NCBI GenBank assembly: GCA_002794465.1
Contig: MTSL01000174.1
Location: forward strand, 36,759 to 44,333
From: Paramicrosporidium saccamoebae KSL3
Lineage: Eukaryota; Fungi; Cryptomycota
DNA length: 7,575 nt
Reading direction: 5' to 3'
The first letter of the stretch is position 1, and every line of letters begins with the position of its first letter. Positions 1 through 6,698 of this stretch are shown here, one piece after another. A model generated the notes under the pieces. The model had not been told where the DNA came from and did not search any database. It worked only from the letters and a program-made list of their open reading frames with translations. Made by a program: the position numbers and the translations under genes.

Positions 1-57
1 TAGATTTGATGTGCGACGAGTCGAGTGGGTGGTATTGGATAGTAGCATTGCAGTCAT
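1..57 (-). CDS. Possible 5' end of a divergent gene running off the window (MTAMLLSNTTHSTRRTSNL...)
   Basis: Minus-strand ATG at 57 with 19 open codons to the window edge, head-to-head with the gene at 199 across an AT-rich spacer. Too short to identify and may be chance. Confidence 0.25.
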   Translation of the reverse strand, partial: MTAMLLSNTTHSTRRTSNL

Positions 58-198
58 ATTACTACAAGATGTATAATAATATTTTGCATTAATATATATA
101 GCAACATTAAGCATTAGTGATACAAATATTCATCACACAATACCAAGTAGCCGCACCGTCACAGAAGTATTAACGAGTGTTGGACCCTTGTTAGATAA

Positions 199-1140
199 AT
201 GACTTTTTTAACAACTCTTGGAGCAGGAGTTCTCTTTGTTGCTGTCTATAAATTAATCAGCTTCGTTTTCCGTCTTTTCCTCGTCGCCCCCACCAACGTA
301 TTCCCTTCTGTTAGGTCTAATTTTTAGTGGAGCAGATATGGGGCCAAGAAGGACAGCTGGGCCATTGTGACCGGCTGCACTGACGGTATCGGCAAGGAAT
401 TCGCCCTTCAGCTCGCCAAAAAGGGCCTCAACATTATACTCGTTGCCCGTAATGCCGAAAAGTTAAAGATGACACGCGATGAAATCCTCAAAGACGGCGG
501 CAAGTGTGAGACGCACGTATTGGATTTTGCGGGACCCGCCAACGAGGCGATTGAAAAATTCACAGCAACTTTAAAGGGAAAGACAGTGTCGGTGCTGGTC
601 AATAATGTGGGCATTAGTCACGCACATCCCGAATATTTTACTGAGACGGCTTCGGAGACGATTGAGGCTATTGTGACTGTAAACATTATGAACACACTGC
701 TGCTCACCCGCTCCATCCTCCCTGCCATGGTGCAGAACAACAACGGACTCATTCTCAATCTTGGTTCATTCGCCGGAGAGGTGCCCACTCCACTGCTGCA
801 GACATATGCAGCCAGCAAGGCCTTCCTCAAGCATTGGAGCAAGGCCTTGGCCGCCGAAGTGGGTCCTCAGGGAGTAAATGTACAGCTCCTCAACACATAC
901 TTTGTCGTCAGCAAGCTGAGTCGTCGTAAGCGGGCATCCATGATGATTCCCACCCCACGTGACTATGTCAAAGCGGTACTCCGTTCCGCAGGACAATCCG
1001 ACTTCAGCACCCCCTATCCCTCCCATGCAGTTTTGTGTGCCCTAATGGAGCTGATCCCCGAAGCTGTCTTGGCCAAGATTAATCTTGCTCAGATGCGCGC
1101 CACCCGCCAAATAGCGCTGCAGAAGGCGAAATTGAACTAA
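199..1140 (+). CDS. IFA38: Very-long-chain 3-oxoacyl-CoA reductase (KAR / 17beta-HSD12-like SDR), 303 aa; join(199..297,328..1140)
   Basis: Hydrophobic N-terminal anchor MTFLTTLGAGVLFVAVYKLISFVFRLFLV. A 30-nt intron 298-327 (GTATTC...CTAAT...TTAG) carries an in-frame stop; splicing gives APTN|WSRYGAKKDSWAIVTGCTDGIGKEFA (TGxxxGIG Rossmann motif). Also NNVG, catalytic YAASK and a C-terminal KxKxx (KAKLN) ER-retrieval-like motif. Confidence 0.9.
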
Positions 1141-1153
1141 CTCTTTGCAGTTT

Positions 1154-1159
1154 AATAAA
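1154..1159 (+). terminator. AATAAA polyadenylation-type signal of the reductase gene
   Basis: AATAAA 13 nt after the stop at 1140. The same hexamer follows three minus-strand genes (1681-1686, 4256-4261, 6938-6943). Confidence 0.55.
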
Positions 1160-1185
1160 TAACTTGTTGGCCGGGATTGCTGAAC

Positions 1186-1661
1186 ATGTCCGCGGATGAC
1201 AAGGTAGAGGCGCGCAGGCGGATTAAGGAAATTATGGCGCGTCCCGAATTGGAGCCGGTGCAGACAGAGTTTTCACGAATTCCCCTATATGGTAGCAGAC
1301 ATTTTGGACTGTGTTTGACGACTAGCAATTCTGGGTGGAGGATCCATGTACTTTATGGTTGACGTGGGCCGTACGTCATTATGGTCGTTATATAATGGGT
1401 CTAGTCCGACGAGGAATGATGGGAACTGTCAACAGACCTGCCATGTATCGCGTGGGCGGCTTGGCGCTTGGCGTATTATGCGGACTACAGATTGGTCTTT
1501 ACCGCATGCGCAGTCTGTACCAGCAGATTGATCCCAACAATACCATTCGTGCCGAGCTGGAGACGCTCTTCAAAGCTGCCCGTGGATCCGGTCCCTGTCC
1601 CGTCTCAGCTGCTGAGACGGAGGAAAAGAAGAACCAATATGGCGATGACTTGAATCCATGA
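1186..1661 (+). CDS. Hypothetical 135-aa protein with two Gly-rich hydrophobic segments; join(1186..1291,1326..1370,1405..1661)
   Basis: Two 34-nt GT-AG introns (1292-1325 GTAGCA...TTGAC...TAG; 1371-1404 GTACGT...TAG) join three frames into one ORF: MSADDKVEARRRIKEIMARPELEPVQTEFSRIPLYAILGGGSMYFMVDVGLRRGMMGTVNRPAMYRVGGLALGVLCGLQIGLYRMRSLYQQIDPNNTIRAELETLFKAARGSGPCPVSAAETEEKKNQYGDDLNP. No family recognised. Confidence 0.7.
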
Positions 1662-1680
1662 GGTTGAAAGTAAAGACTGC

Positions 1681-1686
1681 TTTATT
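1681..1686 (-). terminator. AATAAA polyadenylation-type signal of the inositol monophosphatase gene
   Basis: TTTATT on the plus strand, about 43 nt downstream of the minus-strand stop at 1729. Confidence 0.5.
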
Positions 1687-1728
1687 GGAAGCCGGGTATA
1701 TCATAAGATGGCTCGCACAGTATCAATT

Positions 1729-2660
1729 TCATTGCAATAGATGTATGATTTCATCAGCGACGGCCTTGCAGCTTACTGAAATGACCTCCCCTTTGTACAA
1801 ATCAAAGACGTCCTTTCCATCGTAGTCAGTAACATGTCCACCGGCTTCGCGGACAATTGCGACAGCAGCACAGATATCCCAGCATTTAATTCCCTTTACA
1901 AGGAATCCATCAACTCTGCCACAGGCAGAGTAACACATTCCCAAGGCTGCTGAGCCCATCATACGGATCTAAAACGGTCAGCAGGGTTACTGAGAGTTGT
2001 ACGCTGCGAACATGACGCATTAGAAGCAAATTGTCCCGAGAAGCATTTTCAATCTCTTCATAATTGGTCGTGAATTCAGTGATTAGGAGACACTGGCTCA
2101 ACGACGCAACTCCTCGGCTGACACTGATGGGCTGATCATTGAGAAAGGCGCCGTATCCAGTGGCGGCAGAGAACATTTCATTTGTGATTGGATTAAAGAC
2201 GACCCCAAGAGCTGGAATTTTGTCAATAGCTAATCCAATTGCAATGCAGAAATTTGGTAGTCTACGACATCCATATGATGCGATCGAGTTTACCCGTGAA
2301 CAAAGTTAGTAGTCCCATCAATTGGATCAACTATCCATGTGGGAGCGTCGGGAATCCCACTCCCTGCTACATGAGTCTCCTCTCCTATAAATCTAATTCG
2401 TCAATTTCGTCTCATCAGGCATACTTGTGTCCAGGAAACTCCTTCCTTAGGCGTTCCTCAATAAACGCTTCAATAGCACGGTCAGTTTCCGTGACCAAAT
2501 CCTGTGCGCATGTCTTGCTTTCCACGCGTTTCGGCTGTCGGAATGCCGTGGCACTCATCTTCCCCGCCTCGGCCGCAATCTCCTTGGCCGCTTTGAGACA
2601 TTCTACACTTAGATGTTTCAATGCGTTATTACTAGACAAATCAACAGTTTCCGCCACCAT
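1729..2660 (-). CDS. Inositol monophosphatase (IMPase), 277 aa; complement(join(1729..1968,2003..2261,2294..2392,2425..2660))
   Basis: Introns 2424-2393 (32 nt), 2293-2262 (32 nt) and 2002-1969 (34 nt), all GTA...TAG, restore [41 protein letters not shown] and WDICAA, the diagnostic IMPase motifs. The paralog (INM1/INM2/IMPA type) cannot be assigned. Confidence 0.92.
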
Positions 2661-2936
2661 TGCAGCAAAAATAACTGATGCAAAGGGTTGCAACACTTTA
2701 ACTATTGCGACTCTACGTAACCAATAGTTGACGGGCGGTGAGTAATTCTAGTATTGTCACTTTTGGCATTGATAATAGAGCCCAATTGAATATGATTTGT
2801 AAGGTTAGTTAATACGACCCTTTATTAGAATCCATGGTCCGTAGTTACACCATCTCAGATTGGTACATTTTGACTTGAATAGGGGCAGCGCGCGGTCCTG
2901 TTGATAATCAAATTGGTCTTATTAAAGTAAACGGCA

Positions 2937-2944
2937 TCTTTATA
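2937..2944 (-). promoter_or_regulatory. TATA-like TATAAAGA facing the IMPase gene (left palindrome arm)
   Basis: Mirror image of the element at 3121-3128; function is inferred. Confidence 0.35.
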
Positions 2945-3120
2945 GGCTGCCATCCTCAATACGATGATAATGGATTGTGGTATCGCCATCGGGATCGAAC
3001 CCTACAATAATAAGTGGATAATACTTAACAGACCTGTTAAACAGCATCCACTTATTATTGGAGAGTCCGACTCAGATAGCGGTTTCACAATCTAGTCTGG
3101 TTATATTAAGAATGGCCACC

Positions 3121-3128
3121 TATAAAGA
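3121..3128 (+). promoter_or_regulatory. TATA-like TATAAAGA facing the dehydrogenase gene (right palindrome arm)
   Basis: 117 nt upstream of ATG 3238; function is inferred. Confidence 0.4.
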
Positions 3129-3237
3129 AGCCATATACTTTAATAGGGGTGAGCACCCATCAACAAGGCCTTTTAACGGGGATTACAACAATGCATTTAA
3201 AAAGTAATGTTGGTCAATTAATCGTTTCGTCGATATT

Positions 3238-4162
3238 ATGACTGGCATTCGTCGGGTTGCAGTGGTAGGTGCCGGTCAAATGGGCGGCGGTATTGCCCAG
3301 ACAGTCGCTGCTGTAGCAAAACTGCCCGTTACTCTATTTGATGCCAGTGCAGAGCAACTAACTCGACAGAAATCATTCATTGGTATGCCGTGCATCCGTA
3401 ATAATCATTGTTGATTCCTTGCTGAGTAAGGATGTGAATAAGCAAAAGATTAGCGAACACGATAAGAAGGAGGTTCTTGGTCGCATCAGCACAACCACAT
3501 CTCTAGCCGATCTCGCAGAAGCCGACTTTCTCATTGAAGTACCTCGGTGCAATTATTGAATGTAGGCAATTTCCGAAGACTTTGTCCGCAAGGAGACCCT
3601 GTTCAAGCAACTGGGAAGTGTTCTGAATAACCGCGATGCCATTGTCGCCTCCAACACGAGCTCCATCTCCATTACAAAATTGGCTGCTACATATCGCCAT
3701 CCGGAGCGGTTCGTCGGCATGCATTTCATGAACCCGGTGCCTGTAATGCGACTCGTTGAGCTAATCTCGGGATGTCAAACCAGCGAAGCAACGATGGCCA
3801 CTACCAAACTGTTGGCCGAGGCCATGGGCAAGACGACCACCGCGTCCAAAGATGTTCCGGGATTCATTGCCAACCGAATCTTGATGCCGTATATCAATGA
3901 GGCTGTATACACTCTCTATGAGGGAATTGGAACCCGCGAGGACATTGACAAAACAATGGTACTTGGGACCAATGTCCCAATGGGTCCTCTCAAGTTGGCG
4001 GACTTTATTGGTTTGGACACTTGTTTGGCTATCACCCGGGTCCTCCATCAAGAGCTTGGCGATTCCAAGTACCGACCATGTCCGTTGCTAGTCCAGTATG
4101 TGAATGCCGGATGGTTGGGCAAGAAGGCCGGTCGAGGCTTTTATGATTACTCGAAACTATAA
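3238..4162 (+). CDS. 3-hydroxyacyl-CoA / 3-hydroxybutyryl-CoA dehydrogenase (Hbd/PaaH/HADH family), 288 aa, C-terminal SKL; join(3238..3382,3414..3538,3566..4162)
   Basis: [15 protein letters not shown] (GxGxxG), ADFLIE|[54 protein letters not shown] and [14 protein letters not shown] are all present. Intron 2 (3539-3565, 27 nt) is canonical. Intron 1 (3383-3413) appears to end in TG; see findings. Confidence 0.92.
3383..3413 (+). other. 31-nt intron with GTATGC donor and apparent non-canonical TG acceptor
   Basis: Read-through hits TGA at 3412. From the GTA donor at 3383 no AG up to 3480 restores the frame. A junction after TTG at 3413 gives [15 protein letters not shown]. Confidence 0.6.
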
Positions 4163-4255
4163 CATTGCACCAGCGGGGATTTCACAACTATCCCCGATTA
4201 CAAGGTTCAGGCTATACTATTTATAAAGCGTCATGCGTGTTGTTCTTACTCTTTG

Positions 4256-4261
4256 TTTATT
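4256..4261 (-). terminator. AATAAA polyadenylation-type signal of the Ser/Thr-rich gene
   Basis: About 30 nt downstream of the minus-strand stop at 4291. Confidence 0.5.
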
Positions 4262-4290
4262 CAGTACGGTTCGTAGATTAAGTGGAACAA

Positions 4291-4716
4291 TTACAGAGCA
4301 ATGTAAGCAACAGCAGCGGCAGCAGCCACAATCTTGGCAACAGCTGGAGATCCCAATTCGGCAGCAGCATTGCGGCTTGGGCGAGTCACAGTGGCAGTCA
4401 CATCAGAAGTCTGAGTGGTTGAGTCGGTCTCGGTCTCAGTCTCAGTCTCGTCAGTGGTGCTGGTGTTGGTAGTGCCAGACGAGTTTGTGGTCACAGAGGT
4501 AACGCGAGACGTGCTGGTAGTGCTGGTAACAGATGTGCTCGTCGTCACAGAGGTCGAGGAGACGATCGTGGTGCTCACGCTTACAGTGTTGGGGTTCACC
4601 GATGAGCTGGAGCTGGAGGAGGAGGAGCTGGAGGAGGATGAGCTAGACGAGGAAACGGCGGAGCCAGAGGCAGCAGCGATGACGGAAGCGAGGATGAGTG
4701 CGAGCTTAATGTTCAT
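4291..4716 (-). CDS. Ser/Thr-rich secreted, probably GPI-anchored surface/cell-wall protein, 141 aa, intronless
   Basis: Signal peptide MNIKLALILASVIAAASG, 18-Ser run, Ser/Thr/Val body, ETETETET, candidate omega site SRNAAA, spacer and hydrophobic C-terminus AVAKIVAAAAAVAYIAL. No Cys. Confidence 0.85.
   Translation of the reverse strand: MNIKLALILASVIAAASGSAVSSSSSSSSSSSSSSSSSSVNPNTVSVSTTIVSSTSVTTSTSVTSTTSTSRVTSVTTNSSGTTNTSTTDETETETETDSTTQTSDVTATVTRPSRNAAAELGSPAVAKIVAAAAAVAYIAL
4427..4449 (-). repeat. Hexamer tandem repeat (GAGACY) encoding Glu-Thr repeats
   Basis: Plus strand gtctcggtctcagtctcagtctc. Confidence 0.8.
4600..4653 (-). repeat. Poly-serine-encoding low-complexity tract (18 Ser; mixed TCN/AGC codons)
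   Basis: Plus strand shows (gag/gga)n interrupted by gct; codons 22-39 of the gene. Confidence 0.85.
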
Positions 4717-4907
4717 TGTCTAGAGTGGGCGCTCCGGGCTGGTTTGTTGGGGCATGACGCGCCATTTGCACTATTTATGCAAACCCGAATCGGAAAAACT
4801 CTCAAACACAAAATTGCCTATTTGGGTATAATGACCTGATTGGCTGGACGAGTGGACCATAGCCATTAAAGGGCCCGGAAACTACGTGCCCATTCAGTGA
4901 TAAGACG

Positions 4908-5887
4908 ATGGCGGTGCAGACGGCTACGATTACTCCCGTGGAGCCGGTGCTGGTCAAAAAGCCAATGTCGTGGCGAAACCTTGCCATCGGTGCTGCTATT
5001 CAGGTCTTTGAGGTGTCAACATTGGGACAGCCCTTTGAAGTGCTGAAGACGCAAATGGCAGGTACTTGTGGAGCCCAAAAAGGGTGCTAATCTCTTAGCT
5101 AACCGCGGAGATGGTCTCGTCACTGCGTTCAAAAAGACAGCTCAGCGTGGTGGTATCGCTGGGTTCTACCAAGGTCTCGTGCCATGGGCGTGGATTGAGG
5201 CTTCCACCAAGGGAGCTGTGCTTCTGTTTGCCTCCTCGGAGATTGATCATTATCTAAGGGCAAAGGCCGGAATGTCATCATCCATGTCGGGAGTAATCTC
5301 TGGGATGGGTGGGGGTCTGGCCCAAGCCTACACAACAATGGGATTTTGCACATTTATGAAAACGGTCGAAGTGACAAGACACAAGCAGGTCGGCGAAAAT
5401 GTTTCCACCCTCCAGATCGCCCGCAATGTCCTTCAGAAGGAGGGAATTGTTGGTATTAATAAGGGCGTCTCGGCTGTAGCTCTGCGGCAAATGACCAACT
5501 GGGGATCCCGCTTTGGTAGGGCCATGGCATAATGATGGTTTATATGCAGGAATTTCGCGGATTTCAGAAATGATCATGAAGGGCGATGACAAGCAGAGGG
5601 TGCTGAGCATCCCTGAGAAATTGACTGCGTCAGTGATTGGCGGTGCGTTGGGTTGCTGGAATCAGCCCATCGAGGTGATTCGCGTCGAGATGCAGAGCCA
5701 GACCAAAAATCCCAATCGACCGGAGAAGCTCAATATTTGGACTACAGCCAAATACATTTATGAGCATCACGGGATAAAGGGTTTCTATCGAGGCGTCACT
5801 CCCAGGATTGGATTGAGCGTCTACTTGACCGTGTGCATGGTGTTTGGTGGTGATCAAATCAAAGAGTACTTTGGAAAGTCCAAGTAG
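4908..5887 (+). CDS. YHM2: Mitochondrial citrate/2-oxoglutarate carrier (SLC25, Yhm2 type), 302 aa; join(4908..5061,5099..5515,5550..5887)
   Basis: Introns 5062-5098 (37 nt, GTACTT...GCTAAT...TTAG) and 5516-5549 (34 nt, GTAGGG...CAG). Yhm2-like segments: [13 protein letters not shown]|[49 protein letters not shown]|[25 protein letters not shown]. Confidence 0.93.
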
Positions 5888-6030
5888 CAGTGCATATCTA
5901 TTATAAATTTTATTTTGCCTAACTAACAGATCTCTATCGCGTCAGTATGGGCGGGTCGCGGAGACCGGGACGTACCGCCAATCAAAGTCCTTACATCGTG
6001 TCTCGACAAAAAGATACGAAATCATTATTA

Positions 6031-6502
6031 ATGCTCCGAAATATCACGAGGTTTTCGTTGTGTAGCAACAGTAACATTCCATCGAATAACTGACTGCAGG
6101 ATTCATGTCAACCATTGGAAAAGGAAGCGTGGCCAAGCTCGCCAACTTGGAGCAATTTGCCACCGTTCTGCAGTCCACCGACCCTGTGCTCGTCGACTTT
6201 TCCGCCGTGTACTTTTTATCAAAGATTGCTTATAGTAGTTGGTGTGGACCGTGTCGGGTGCTATCACAGGTGCTAGATCAGCTCTCCCCAAAAAACACAA
6301 AGGTCCACTTCCTCAAGGTGGATGTGGATCAGTTTCCGACATTGGCCACCCAGTTTAATGTACCCATAATCGTACGGCGTGGATGGTTTAGGTTTCGTCA
6401 GTGCCCTATGTTGTCATGTTCAAAAACGGCAAGCCGGTCGATTCATTCATGGGAGCACAAAGCGCATCTGCTGTACAACAATTCTTGGACAAGAATAACT
6501 AA
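6031..6502 (+). CDS. Thioredoxin with predicted mitochondrial presequence, 126 aa; join(6031..6070,6100..6208,6239..6359,6392..6502)
   Basis: Introns 6071-6099 (29 nt, GTAACA...CTGAC...CAG), 6209-6238 (30 nt) and 6360-6391 (32 nt) give MLRNITRFSLCSNRF-MSTIGKG...VLVDFSAVWCGPCRVL...FLKVDVDQFPTLATQFN|VSSVPYVVMFKNGKPVDSFMGA...DKNN. Canonical WCGPC and cis-Pro (VP) motifs are present; Trx3/TXN2-like by its presequence. Confidence 0.88.
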
Positions 6503-6698
6503 TATATGTTATATGATATATGATATGTGTGTGAATGTAACCATTCTCGATACAAGATGTGGACTCGCTCAGTGTATCCATCTCGGCAGGTGGTGCATCC
6601 ATCCTCGGATGTAGTATCTCTATGCTTTTAGTGCAAGATTAGAACAAAATTTATCTAATGTCTAGTGTGATGCCTAATGCTTGCTTTACATGCAGTGC

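Larger units (their letters stand above)
2894..3170. repeat. Long imperfect inverted repeat (decayed palindrome) centred at 3032/3033
   Basis: 2920-3031 pairs gap-free with 3145-3034 at 84/112 positions by hand count, including a perfect 15-bp stem (3005-3019/3046-3060). An outer block 2894-2905/3159-3170 matches 10/12 after a 1-nt offset. Confidence 0.9.

Noticed and set aside
408-1026. Antisense and alternative-frame ORFs over real genes (also 1346, 1468, 2239, 3503, 3761, 3897, 4233, 4415, 4802, 5129, 5278, 5630, 6103, 7009, 7011, 7212)
   Set aside because: These are shadow ORFs of coding or low-complexity sequence with no independent motifs; part of the 1346 frame is simply exon 2 of the 1186 gene.
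2661-2696. TTG-initiated N-terminal extension of IMPase
   Set aside because: A eukaryotic gene is expected to start at ATG; ATG 2660 gives a normal-length enzyme.
2977-3003. tRNA-like 3' end / Pol III B-box on the minus strand (GGTTCGATCCC...ACCA)
   Set aside because: The T-stem has mismatches, and there is no matching acceptor 5' strand, D-arm, anticodon arm or A-box. The mirror position in the other palindrome arm lacks the motif. Not a tRNA; at most an isolated B-box-like 11-mer.
2964-3095. 43-codon ORF (MIMDCGIAIG...SGFTI) crossing the palindrome centre
   Set aside because: No recognisable motif, mismatches between arms show no clear codon periodicity, and the mirror frame has stops.
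2881-3175. SRP (7SL) RNA interpretation of the palindrome (rod shape, UGUUG, T4 after 3170)
   Set aside because: No helix-6/helix-8 branch with GNRA loop and AGCAG-type motif is visible, and gap-free single-axis symmetry fits an inverted duplication better. Left for cmscan to confirm.
199-4162. Functional lipid-metabolism cluster (reductase, IMPase, dehydrogenase)
   Set aside because: The enzymes belong to different pathways and compartments (ER elongation, cytosolic inositol recycling, peroxisomal oxidation); adjacency is explained by gene density.
6105-6614. 169-aa ORF from the track taken as the thioredoxin
   Set aside because: It reads through two introns and changes frame after FN; the spliced model ends at 6502 with a normal thioredoxin C-terminus.
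6581-6619. U2 snRNA-like fragments TCTCGGC and TGTAGTATCT on the plus strand
   Set aside because: The invariant GCUAAGAUCA segment is absent, spacing is 29 rather than 25 nt, and there is no convincing stem IIa or Sm site.
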